A stretch of 47,764 nt of DNA, taken from Bifidobacterium catenulatum. Lineage in GTDB: Bacteria; Bacillota; Clostridia; Lachnospirales; Lachnospiraceae. The DNA is taken from contig CAVCCL010000197.1 in NCBI GenBank assembly GCA_963600665.1, positions 1 to 47,764 on the forward strand, written 5' to 3'. The notes beneath the pieces were generated by a model, which was not told where the DNA came from, did not search any database, and saw only the letters and a program-made list of their open reading frames with translations. A program made the position numbers and the translations under genes. Below, piece by piece: positions 39,005 through 47,764 of this stretch (the first letter of the stretch is position 1; every line of letters starts with the position of its first letter).

Positions 39005-39982
39005 GTGACTAAGAATAATAACACTGATTATAGAAAAAAGATATACAGACAGCGGCATCATCGCAGAATGAAGCTCATCGAGAGCGGTATAGGCGTGGTC
39101 GTCGCAGTCATAATGATATTTGCACTTGGACAGGGCAACCTGAAAAAGAATGTGAACGGCCAGGAGGAGTTCCAGCCGGAGAGCGGAACAGCGGCAGACA
39201 TAAGTGAGAGCAGCAGCCAGGATATGTCATACAGTGACACGGAGGAGGCTGCACAGCAGTATCTGGCAACTGCGGAGGATGCGGCCATTCCGGCTCAGCG
39301 AAATGGTCAGTATGTACAATTTGTCAATTACACCAACCCTGATGTGAGCGGCAAGGGAGCGGACAAATATGACAGCAATATATACATGCCGGCGAATGTC
39401 ACGGATGACCAGTATTTCTCGACATCTCTGCTCATCGGAGATTCCAGGGCTGAGGCGTTGGGACTGTACAGCGGAGTAGATAACTGGGATATGTGTGTGG
39501 CGAAGAATCTGGACATAGAGAAGGTCGCTAATACCAAGATGTTCACCTGCGATTCGGGAGAACAGTGTACGGTTGTCGAGATGCTTGGCATGAAGAACTA
39601 CGAGAATATATACATTTCATTTGGACTTGAGGAGCTTTCGTGGTATAACGAGCGGTACATGTCGGCCTACAAGACTTTACTGGATCAGATTTCCCAGTTA
39701 CAGCCTGCGGCAAATGTATATGTGATGTCGGTACTTCCTGTATCGGCGGCGCTTTCATCAAAAGACCAGGTGTATAACAACCCGGGTGTGGACAAGCTCA
39801 ATTCTCTCATGCAGGAGATGTGTGGCAGCTACGATCAGGTGATCTATCTCGATGTGGCTCACAGCGTGTCTGTGGATGGTGTTCTGCCGGAGGATGCGGG
39901 AATAGATGGAAAACATTGTAATAAGAAATATTGTCTCAAGATGATGGACTACATCAGAAAGAATGTATATGTCAGAAGATAG
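39005..39982 (+). CDS. Membrane-anchored SGNH/GDSL hydrolase-family protein
   Basis: TM helix; LLIGDSR, YVMSVLPV and DGKH; SD GGAGG before GTG. Confidence 0.8.
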   Translation: MTKNNNTDYRKKIYRQRHHRRMKLIESGIGVVVAVIMIFALGQGNLKKNVNGQEEFQPESGTAADISESSSQDMSYSDTEEAAQQYLATAEDAAIPAQRNGQYVQFVNYTNPDVSGKGADKYDSNIYMPANVTDDQYFSTSLLIGDSRAEALGLYSGVDNWDMCVAKNLDIEKVANTKMFTCDSGEQCTVVEMLGMKNYENIYISFGLEELSWYNERYMSAYKTLLDQISQLQPAANVYVMSVLPVSAALSSKDQVYNNPGVDKLNSLMQEMCGSYDQVIYLDVAHSVSVDGVLPEDAGIDGKHCNKKYCLKMMDYIRKNVYVRR

Positions 39983-39997
39983 TGGAGACGGAGGCAT

Positions 39998-40474
39998 ATG
40001 ATAAAAAGAATAATATATTTGTTTGCATGCTGTCTGATGATCTGTTCGCTTGCGGGATGCGCGGGAAACGGAGATGACGAAGCCGATATGCCGGATGTGC
40101 ACACTCTGGCGGACATGCTCATGCAGAACGTGAAGTTTGAGGACTCTGTGGAGGCGGTCTCCTCTGAGACGGCGCTCAGATATTATGGTATAGACAGCGT
40201 TCAGGTGCAGGACAGTGCTGTGTACATGTCGACGGGAGCCACCGCCGAGGAGCTTGCGGTATTTCAGGCGGCGTCAACGGTCGATGCCCAGAGCATACTG
40301 GCGGATATGAAGAAAAGGCGCGACTCACAGTTGCAGATGTACCTTGATTACAAATCGTCGGAGACCGCCAGACTTGATGATGCCATCCTGTATGTGCATG
40401 ATACATTTGTGGTATACATGGTGTCCGATGACAGCGAAACGGCAAAAGGAATAATAAGTGATTATCTGGAATGA
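39998..40474 (+). CDS. DUF4358-like lipoprotein
   Basis: Lipobox LAGC; YMSTGATAEELAVF...Y. Confidence 0.75.
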   Translation: MIKRIIYLFACCLMICSLAGCAGNGDDEADMPDVHTLADMLMQNVKFEDSVEAVSSETALRYYGIDSVQVQDSAVYMSTGATAEELAVFQAASTVDAQSILADMKKRRDSQLQMYLDYKSSETARLDDAILYVHDTFVVYMVSDDSETAKGIISDYLE

Positions 40475-40758
40475 TCTTCCGGATGATCACTTTTTTTGTC
40501 CACATTTCCGTTTGTAACATCGGACCGGATCATTCATATTATAGTAATAAATCCGCTGTCAATAAAATAAGATAAATAAAGAGCGCTGTATGCAGTTGTA
40601 ATTTTATGCACTGGCATGTATTATTATGTATAATGTATACAATATACAAAATACGAACAATTGACAGCTTAAGATATCAGCGCTGTGGTGCGGTGCGCCG
40701 CAGCGGCTGAAAATGGCTAAAAACGAGTTGAAGGTCAATAGAGAAAGAGGTATAGACA

Positions 40759-41322
40759 ATGGCAAAACAGAATTGGAAACCAGGAAATATGTTGTATCCG
40801 GTTCCGGCGGTTATGGTGAGCTGCCAGAGACCGGGAGAGAAGCCAAACATAGTGACGATAGCGTGGGCCGGTACTATATGCAGTGATCCTGCGATGGTGT
40901 CAATATCGGTGCGCCCGGAGAGATATTCCTACGATATAATCAAGGAGACCGGGGAATTTACCATAAATCTCGTCACCGAGAAGCTGGCATTTGCAACTGA
41001 TTACTGCGGTGTGAAGTCGGGAAGAGACGTGGATAAATTCAAGGAGATGAACCTCCATGCGTGTGACGGCGTGAACGTGTCATGCCCAGCCATAGAGGAA
41101 AGCCCGGTGAACATAGAGTGCAAGGTGAAACAGGTCGTTGAGCTTGGATCCCATCACATGTTTATCGCAGAAGTTGTAGGAGTGCAGATAAGTGATGAGT
41201 ACATGGATAAGACAGGCAAATTCAACCTCAACAGCACTGGACTTGTCGCCTATTCACATGGAGAGTATTTTGCACTTGGCGACAAGCTCGGCAAATTCGG
41301 ATATTCTGTTAGGAAAAAGTGA
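40759..41322 (+). CDS. Flavin reductase family protein
   Basis: LYPVPAVMVS, ISVRPERYS, CGVKSGRD, IECKV and GSHHMFIAEV. Confidence 0.92.
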   Translation: MAKQNWKPGNMLYPVPAVMVSCQRPGEKPNIVTIAWAGTICSDPAMVSISVRPERYSYDIIKETGEFTINLVTEKLAFATDYCGVKSGRDVDKFKEMNLHACDGVNVSCPAIEESPVNIECKVKQVVELGSHHMFIAEVVGVQISDEYMDKTGKFNLNSTGLVAYSHGEYFALGDKLGKFGYSVRKK

Positions 41323-41369
41323 TCGCAGACTGAGAAGCTGCAGGGGAAATGTCACGGACAGGAGAGAAA

Positions 41370-42251
41370 ATGGAAATATCATTAAGGGCATATGGAAAGA
41401 TAAACCTCGGTCTCGATGTGGTCAGGAGACGCGAGGATGGATATCATGAGGTAAAAATGATCATGCAGACGGTTGATCTGTGGGATGAACTGACATTTTG
41501 CGATGTTCCTGCTGATGAGATCGTTATAACATCTGATTCGTCGGAGCTGCCGGATGTGAAGGATAACATCATATACAAGGCGTGCCGGATGATGAAGGAT
41601 ATATATGGAATAGATAAGGGTGTTCACGTAACCGTGGATAAACACATACCGGTTGCTGCCGGAATGGCCGGGGGAAGCGCTGATGCAGCAGCGGCCCTCA
41701 AGGCGATGAATAAGCTGTTCGGACTGAACCTTTCCGATGAACAGCTCATGGAACACGGCGTGAAGCTCGGAGCGGATGTACCTTACTGTATCATGCAGGG
41801 AACGGCACTCTCGGAGGGAATAGGAGAGATCCTTACACCACTTCCACCTATGCCGGACTGCCTGATCGTCATAGCGAAGCCGGCGATCGGAGTGTCTACA
41901 AAGTGGGTATACCAGAACCTGAAGGTGGATCAGTTGGAAGAGCATCCTGATATCGATGGCATGGCGGATGCACTCAAGACCGGGGATCTGAAGGGCATAA
42001 CAGACAGAATGGCAAATGTGCTCGAGACGGTTACTGTACCCGCAAATCCGGTTATCGCCTCGGTCAAGAAGCTCATAGCCGAAAACGGCTCCATGGGAGT
42101 GCTCATGAGTGGCAGTGGCCCGACTGTATTTGGAATATATGACAGCGGAGATAAAGAGAGGGCACAGAAGGTTGTAGATATGCTGCGTGAAAAGGATGAG
42201 ATACAGGCTGCATATGTTGTCAGCCCTTACAACATAAGAAGAGGTATGTGA
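41370..42251 (+). CDS. ispE: 4-diphosphocytidyl-2-C-methyl-D-erythritol kinase
   Basis: KINLGL, DGYHE, IPVAAGMAGGSADAAA, LGADVP and MSGSGPT. Confidence 0.97.
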   Translation: MEISLRAYGKINLGLDVVRRREDGYHEVKMIMQTVDLWDELTFCDVPADEIVITSDSSELPDVKDNIIYKACRMMKDIYGIDKGVHVTVDKHIPVAAGMAGGSADAAAALKAMNKLFGLNLSDEQLMEHGVKLGADVPYCIMQGTALSEGIGEILTPLPPMPDCLIVIAKPAIGVSTKWVYQNLKVDQLEEHPDIDGMADALKTGDLKGITDRMANVLETVTVPANPVIASVKKLIAENGSMGVLMSGSGPTVFGIYDSGDKERAQKVVDMLREKDEIQAAYVVSPYNIRRGM

Positions 42252-42922
42252 TGGATCTTAGATTGAATATGGATGAATACCTGCCTCTTCGAGAGGTAGT
42301 GTTTAAGACTTTGAGAAATGCTATAGTCCACGGCGAGTTTGAGCCGGGGGAGAGACTTATGGAGGTCACCCTTGCAAAGAGGCTTGGCGTCAGCCGTACT
42401 CCTGTCAGGGAGGCTATGCGAATGCTTGAGCTGGAAGGGCTTGTGGTCATGATACCGAGAAGAGGTGCAGAGGTTGCAAGGATCACAGCAAAGGATCTGA
42501 GCGATGCGCTTGAGATCAGGATGGCACTTGAGGATCTAGCGGCAGGGCTTGCGTGTAAGAGAATAGATGACGAGGGAAAAGAGCGGCTGAAGCAGTCCTA
42601 TGCCGACTTCAAGAAAGCGGTAAGCTCCAAGATAATCCCGGAGATAGTAGACGCAGATGTTGCATTTCACAATACTATAATGGACATGACGAACAATCCG
42701 AGACTGATCAGCATGTCCCAGAGTCTTCGAGAGCAGGTGTACAGATACCGCGTTGAGTATGTAAAGGATTTCAGTTATCACGACAAGCTCATAGCGGAGC
42801 ATGAGGCTCTCATGAATGCGATAATAGCCAGGGATGAAGAGAAAGCTAAGGAGATAACCCGTATACATATATACGATCAGGAACAGATCGTGATTGCAAA
42901 TGTTGTCAAAGCACAGAAATAA
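42251..42922 (+). CDS. GntR-family (FCD) transcriptional regulator
   Basis: LGVSRTPVREA HTH; D..FH and EH..L FCD motifs; TGATG overlap with ispE. Confidence 0.93.
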   Translation: MDLRLNMDEYLPLREVVFKTLRNAIVHGEFEPGERLMEVTLAKRLGVSRTPVREAMRMLELEGLVVMIPRRGAEVARITAKDLSDALEIRMALEDLAAGLACKRIDDEGKERLKQSYADFKKAVSSKIIPEIVDADVAFHNTIMDMTNNPRLISMSQSLREQVYRYRVEYVKDFSYHDKLIAEHEALMNAIIARDEEKAKEITRIHIYDQEQIVIANVVKAQK

Positions 42923-42952
42923 CAATATGCATAATAATAAATACCTGTATAA

Positions 42953-42987
42953 GAGGCGGAATGCGTGAAAACGCGTTCCGCCTTTTT
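42953..42987 (+). terminator. Rho-independent terminator
   Basis: AGGCGGAATGCGT / ACGCGTTCCGCCT plus T-run. Confidence 0.85.
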
Positions 42988-42999
42988 ACGTGTATGTCT

Positions 43000-43028
43000 G
43001 AATAAAAAAACGGTCGTTGGACAAGATA
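43000..43028 (+). promoter_or_regulatory. Sigma-G/F-type forespore promoter
   Basis: GAATA...GGACAAGATA (GAATA-N17-CAAGATA) upstream of the gerA-family gene. Confidence 0.5.
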
Positions 43029-43073
43029 GATTACAGAAGATAAACGGTATGTTGGAGGTGTTTACGGCGGACG

Positions 43074-44564
43074 ATGGCTTCAATCAGTAAAAAAATAGAC
43101 GAAAACATCACACAAATTGAGACAATGTTCGATAACTGGAGCGATATCGTGGAGCGAAGGTTTGATCTGGACCGCTGTGCCTGGGGAGATGATCCGGCAA
43201 TATATGTGGTGTATATAGATGGACTGTGCGACCATGAGTTGATTGAGAACACATTAATAAAACCAATAACCTGGGAATGGCGTAATAAGGACACGGCAGA
43301 TCTGTGGGAGCATATAATCTCCTGTGAAGGTCAGACGGCAGATTATACCCAGGAAAGTGACATGGACAACGTTGTCAGGGCGGTTCTCAGGGGGGATACG
43401 GCCATATTTGTATCCGGGAGTGATCAGGCGATAGTTGTGTCATCGAAGCATTTCCCTGTGAGAGGTATAGAGGAAAGCTCCACCGAGGGAGGAATGAGAG
43501 GCCCGAGGGACAGCTTCAATGAGAACTTCAGGACATCCACAGCTCTGATAAGGAGAAGGATCAAGGATGTACATCTGAAGCTGGAGCAGGGCACCATGGG
43601 TGTCAGATCCAGAACAGAGTACGGAATATTCTATATGGAAGATATAGCGGAGCCTGAGCTGGTACAGCAGATAAGGGACACCATCGATAAGTATGAGATA
43701 GACGCGGTGTTTGACAGCGGTATGGCTGAACATCTGATGGAGAAGAAATGGCAGGAGATATTTCCGATATACCAGGCGACCACAAGACCTGACAAGGCGG
43801 CCGCGGCTCTGGTGGAGGGCAGGGTTGTCGTCGTGTTTGATAATTCCCCCGAGGTCATAATTGCCCCCGCCACCATCAACACTCTGTTTCAGACGGCGGA
43901 CGATTATTATAACAGATGGCCGGTGGCGACGTTTGCCAGAATGATAAGGTATGTGGCGGCGTTCATTGCGGTGGGACTGCCGGGACTTTATATTGCGATC
44001 ACCTGTTATCACAGGGAGCTGATACCCGACAAGCTTTTGTATGCGATAGCCGATGCGAGAAGCCAGCTATCGTTCCCCGTTGTAGTTGAAGTGCTGATAA
44101 TGGAGCTTTTGTTTGAATTGCTCCGGGAGGCCGGGATACGACTGCCGAGCCAGCTTGGGAATACGATAGGAGTGGTTGGCGGTCTGATAGTCGGTCAGTC
44201 AGCCGTGGAGGCGGGCATAGTCAGCACCATGGTTGTGATAGTTGTGGCGCTCACGGCTATAGCTTCATTTGCCATTCCGAATGAGGCGTTTGCGTCTGTT
44301 TTCAGATTGCTTAAGTTCGTCACGATAATCACCAGCGCACTTTATGGAATACTTGGATTTATCCTTGCGATGCTGGTTCTCGTGTTTCATCTTGCATCCC
44401 TGGACAGCTTTGGCGTGCCGTATATGTCCCCTGTCGTGACCTGTGGATACACTGGCGAGGGATATAAGGACTTTGTTGTCCGCGCGCCTATAAAGAAAAT
44501 GATAAACAGACCTAAATGGAGCAATCCTGACGAGCGGCGCAGGTTGGTCAGAAAGAGAAAATAG
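43074..44564 (+). CDS. Spore germination receptor A subunit (GerA family)
   Basis: RGPRDSFNE, TRPD....L.EGR, ELLREAGIRLP and GLIVGQSAVEAG. Confidence 0.93.
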   Translation: MASISKKIDENITQIETMFDNWSDIVERRFDLDRCAWGDDPAIYVVYIDGLCDHELIENTLIKPITWEWRNKDTADLWEHIISCEGQTADYTQESDMDNVVRAVLRGDTAIFVSGSDQAIVVSSKHFPVRGIEESSTEGGMRGPRDSFNENFRTSTALIRRRIKDVHLKLEQGTMGVRSRTEYGIFYMEDIAEPELVQQIRDTIDKYEIDAVFDSGMAEHLMEKKWQEIFPIYQATTRPDKAAAALVEGRVVVVFDNSPEVIIAPATINTLFQTADDYYNRWPVATFARMIRYVAAFIAVGLPGLYIAITCYHRELIPDKLLYAIADARSQLSFPVVVEVLIMELLFELLREAGIRLPSQLGNTIGVVGGLIVGQSAVEAGIVSTMVVIVVALTAIASFAIPNEAFASVFRLLKFVTIITSALYGILGFILAMLVLVFHLASLDSFGVPYMSPVVTCGYTGEGYKDFVVRAPIKKMINRPKWSNPDERRRLVRKRK

Positions 44565-44566
44565 AT

Positions 44567-46141
44567 ATGAATGATAAATATAATGTGACGTTTTCTGCCT
44601 TTTTTAAGATGGCTTTGCTTGTTTTGCCGGGGATGATAACTTTTGTAGCTACATTAATACCTTCATATTTTGGAAGAAATTGCCTGATTTTGTCACTTTT
44701 TTTGATGCTATGCATGGCTTTCGCTTACGTGATAGCACTATATATTGTATACACGAAGATTGATGAGAGAGGGAGCAACGAAAGCGGTAATGTCAAAAAT
44801 AGGGCTATTGCATTGATTTATGGGGCAAGAACTGCCGTTAGGATGGGCTTGCTGCTGTTTGTCCTTGCCGAGTGTTCCAGGCAGTTGATGCTGAAGAGAT
44901 ACACGGTAATTGCTATCTCGATTCCCCTGTTGCTTGCATGTCTGTATATGGGCAGCCGTGGCACGAGGGGGATGGTCAGGTTTGCGGAGTCTGTGTTCTG
45001 GTTCGCCGTTGCGGCGGGGGCTGTGGTCATTCTGTCTTCTGTGAGTAACCTTGATCTGTCAGTGCTTAAGACTGTGACTGAGATAGGCGACGAGGGTGGG
45101 GTGAACCTCACCATAAGCCGTGTCATGGCTAGGGGAGGACTGCTTTTTCTTGGGTTCTCGGCCATGGAGACGGTGGTGCTGGTGTATATACATGTCATTC
45201 GGAGGCGCAGAGGAATGTTGTGTGCTGCCGTGGGCACAAGTACCGTAATAGGCATTATCTGTTCGATAATTGTGATATGTACGCTGGGCACGGGTGCGCT
45301 CATGGCGAAGGAGAAAAATATACTATATATAGTGGGAGCCATGGAACTGCCTGGCGGAGTGAAGCTCAGGCCGCTCATGCTGGTGTGCTACCTTGTCATC
45401 GTGTTCGGAGTGATGGCTCTGGTTCCAAATGTCATAGGTGGATGGGGCGCTGTGGACAGACTGGGTGTGCGGCACAGATGGATGTGGAAGACATTGTGGG
45501 CAATCCTGGCATTTGCCGTATGCCTGTGGGTTGGGATACTGCCCGGACAGCAGGATCGTATAAAGATCATCGCCGGATATCTCATTCTGGTGGATGTTCC
45601 CCTGTCGATAATATTGCCGGCGGCATCACTTGCCGGGAAATGGCCTGTAAAAAAATCTGCCGGACTGGCGGCGGTGTTATTGACGGCGTGTATATTGAGT
45701 GGGTGTGAATACAAGCCGGTGGAGGATGTGGACTATGTGAATGCGGTCATCATAGAGCGCAGCACGGAGGAGTCTGCCGGCGGCGGGCTGAGATACAGTC
45801 TGGTCATAACAGGACTGGACGACGATGAGGATTCCCTGACCGAGGAGGGGGTGTACCAGGTGGATGCCGGCTCATTTGCCGATGCGTGCCGAAGTTACAA
45901 TGAGAGTCACGCGAAGTTCATTGATACGAGTCATGTGGAGTATGTGGTGGCGGAGAGCGTCCAGGTCATGAATGAGGCGGCAACCGAGCTTGAGAAGGAA
46001 TTTGCGACCAGCTATGTGACGGTGGTGATCGAGCAGAATATATTGGAGAAATCCGGGGATAACAATACAAATGAATATCTTAAGACGCACTATGAAGGCC
46101 AGTGTCTGGCAACATACGCGAGAGATGGGATAGGCGAATAG
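44567..46141 (+). CDS. GerAB-like polytopic membrane protein fused to a GerAC-like domain
   Basis: ~10 TM helices, then lipobox-like LLTACILSGC and a soluble VEDVDYVNAV...IDTSHVEYVV segment; follows the gerA gene. Confidence 0.65.
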   Translation: MNDKYNVTFSAFFKMALLVLPGMITFVATLIPSYFGRNCLILSLFLMLCMAFAYVIALYIVYTKIDERGSNESGNVKNRAIALIYGARTAVRMGLLLFVLAECSRQLMLKRYTVIAISIPLLLACLYMGSRGTRGMVRFAESVFWFAVAAGAVVILSSVSNLDLSVLKTVTEIGDEGGVNLTISRVMARGGLLFLGFSAMETVVLVYIHVIRRRRGMLCAAVGTSTVIGIICSIIVICTLGTGALMAKEKNILYIVGAMELPGGVKLRPLMLVCYLVIVFGVMALVPNVIGGWGAVDRLGVRHRWMWKTLWAILAFAVCLWVGILPGQQDRIKIIAGYLILVDVPLSIILPAASLAGKWPVKKSAGLAAVLLTACILSGCEYKPVEDVDYVNAVIIERSTEESAGGGLRYSLVITGLDDDEDSLTEEGVYQVDAGSFADACRSYNESHAKFIDTSHVEYVVAESVQVMNEAATELEKEFATSYVTVVIEQNILEKSGDNNTNEYLKTHYEGQCLATYARDGIGE

Positions 46142-46169
46142 AGACTTGGATGATCAGGAGGTATTGTTT

Positions 46170-46664
46170 ATGTGGAGAATGTTCAGGGCGGCCATACTGG
46201 GTGTCCTCATAGGGATTGTAGGCGGTGTGATATTTGGACAGGTTTCTTATGTGAAGAAATATAAGGATAAGGTGTCCCGCGAGATAATGGCGGATGCGGT
46301 CATGTACAACAATTCACTGGATGACAGTGGAAGGGTCATAAGGCTTAAGGTCGATTATGATGGCGATATGAAGTCTGAGGATGATAGAGACGAGCTTGAG
46401 AGCTATGTGGGTAACACGGTCATGAAGCAGATCGGCATGTGGCTTGGGGACGACTACAATGAGAATCTGAGTTATATACAGATGCGCCACAATCTTGTCA
46501 TGGCGATGGAGGATATAAATGACATCGCCCAGAGCGCGGCAAATGCGTGGGGCGTGGATGCCGATGCAAACTCCGGATTTTCTTATGAGTATTTTGGCGA
46601 TTCAGGGGAGGACTGTCCGCCCGGAATGTATGAGACATTATGTATAGATCTGGGGGATAAGTAG
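46170..46664 (+). CDS. spoIIR: SpoIIR-like protein (divergent, C-terminally short)
   Basis: VIRLKV..SEDD and YF....PPGMYETLCIDLG resemble SpoIIR motifs; expected synteny; NWWC motif absent. Confidence 0.6.
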   Translation: MWRMFRAAILGVLIGIVGGVIFGQVSYVKKYKDKVSREIMADAVMYNNSLDDSGRVIRLKVDYDGDMKSEDDRDELESYVGNTVMKQIGMWLGDDYNENLSYIQMRHNLVMAMEDINDIAQSAANAWGVDADANSGFSYEYFGDSGEDCPPGMYETLCIDLGDK

Positions 46665-46666
46665 CG

Positions 46667-46695
46667 TTGAAAAGTTGATTCCCAGGTGTTATACT
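46667..46695 (+). promoter_or_regulatory. Sigma-A promoter of ddl
   Basis: TTGAAA-N17-TATACT with extended TG. Confidence 0.7.
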
Positions 46696-46751
46696 TTGAC
46701 CTGTGGTGTGCCCTGGGTGCACCGCGGATTAAAGTATAAGGAGCACATGTC

Positions 46752-47764
46752 ATGGCTAAGGAAAATTTGGTTGTAATATTTGGAGGAAGATCATCAGAGC
46801 ATGAGGTTTCATGTATATCTGTACAGACAGTTGCTAAGGCGGTTGATCTTGAAAAGTATAATATGACATTGGTTGGCATTACCAAGGATGGAAGATGGTT
46901 AAAGGCAGATAATATAGAGAGTATAGCGGATGGAAGCTGGTATGACAGCAAGGTTACAGCAGTGATCTCTCCGGACACCAGAAGAGAGCTTATAGTTTTC
47001 TCTGATGCAGGTGTGGAGCGCCAGAAGGTGGACGTCATATTCCCTGTACTTCACGGTATGTATGGCGAGGATGGAACTATACAGGGATTGTTCGAGATGG
47101 CAGATATTCCATATGTTGGATGTGGCGTTCTGGCATCGGCAGCATCCATGGATAAATTCTATACGAAGATAATAGTGGATCATATCGGTGTCTCCCAGGC
47201 GAGATTCGTACCTGTGCTTGCAGAGGATTTCAGCGACATAGACAGCGCTATGGACAGAGTTGAGGCTGAGCTTGATTACCCTGTATTTGTAAAGCCATCA
47301 AAGGCCGGATCATCAAAGGGTGTAAACAAGGCGACTGACAGAGCAAGCCTTCTGTATGCGCTCAATGAGGCTGTAAAGCATGACAATAAGATCCTCGTCG
47401 AGGAGACTATAGTTGGCCGTGAGCTTGAGTGCGGAGTCCTCGGTTACAAGGACAATACTAAGGCTTCGGGAGTTGGCGAGATACTTGCCGCTGCTGAATT
47501 CTATGATTTCGATGCAAAATACAACAACGCTGAGTCGAGAACAGTTATCGGCGCAGACATCCCTAAGGAAGCAGAGGATGAGATAAGGGAGGACGCTGTG
47601 AAGATCTTCAGAGCACTTGACGGCTTCGGACTCTCCAGAGTGGATTTCTTCCTTGAGAATGGAACAAACAGAGTTGTATTCAATGAGATCAACACACTTC
47701 CTGGATTTACAGGAATAAGCATGTATCCAATGCTGTGGAATGCCCAGGGATACGATATAAAGAC
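46752..47764 (+). CDS. ddl: D-alanine--D-alanine ligase (3'-truncated; absent from ORF track)
   Basis: Manual translation MAKENLVVIFGGRSSEHEVS...LHGMYGEDG...VKPSKAGSS...FYDFDAKY...NEINTLPGFT; SD AAGGAG. Confidence 0.96.
   Translation, partial: MAKENLVVIFGGRSSEHEVSCISVQTVAKAVDLEKYNMTLVGITKDGRWLKADNIESIADGSWYDSKVTAVISPDTRRELIVFSDAGVERQKVDVIFPVLHGMYGEDGTIQGLFEMADIPYVGCGVLASAASMDKFYTKIIVDHIGVSQARFVPVLAEDFSDIDSAMDRVEAELDYPVFVKPSKAGSSKGVNKATDRASLLYALNEAVKHDNKILVEETIVGRELECGVLGYKDNTKASGVGEILAAAEFYDFDAKYNNAESRTVIGADIPKEAEDEIREDAVKIFRALDGFGLSRVDFFLENGTNRVVFNEINTLPGFTGISMYPMLWNAQGYDIK

Noticed and set aside
46665..46739. In-frame DLWCAL after the spoIIR-like stop as a lost NWWCV remnant or readthrough
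   Set aside because: Two stops intervene, the spacing is wrong and the segment is occupied by the ddl promoter; likely chance
46752..47764. Van-type D-Ala-D-Lac ligase
   Set aside because: Omega loop FYDFDAKY keeps the KY of D-Ala-D-Ala ligases; no van genes nearby

Overview
Ordinary-looking chromosomal segment of a Firmicute, most consistent with Lachnospiraceae/Clostridia (inferred from T-box, sigma-F/G promoters and the ispE-gntR-gerA-spoIIR order). It holds about 30 CDS. These include housekeeping genes (T-box-regulated ileS, glgP, csp, ispE, a 3'-truncated ddl), carbohydrate genes (secreted GH5, GH94 cellobiose phosphorylase, aldose epimerase, LacI), a sulfate ABC operon and several Cys/His-rich surface proteins. 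The sporulation/germination genes look degenerate: SpoIID lacks its catalytic Glu, SpoIIR is short, and GerAB is fused to GerAC. No rRNA, tRNA, CRISPR array, prophage or IS was found. Best leads: (1) a four-gene accessory Hsp70 unit (DnaK paralogue, membrane Zn-ribbon protein, DUF5685-like protein with two isoprenoid-synthase-like Asp-rich motifs, and a J-domain/TPR protein ending in a cysteine string); (2) an Rpn-family PD-(D/E)XK gene with a perfect internal Shine-Dalgarno that could produce a 76-aa intragenic antitoxin; (3) an alanine/glycine symporter with a ~114-aa loop insert that looks circularly permuted; (4) intergenic palindromes and repeats, and cre/LacI-like operators upstream of the sulfate operon. 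All family calls come from motif recognition by eye, not database searches.
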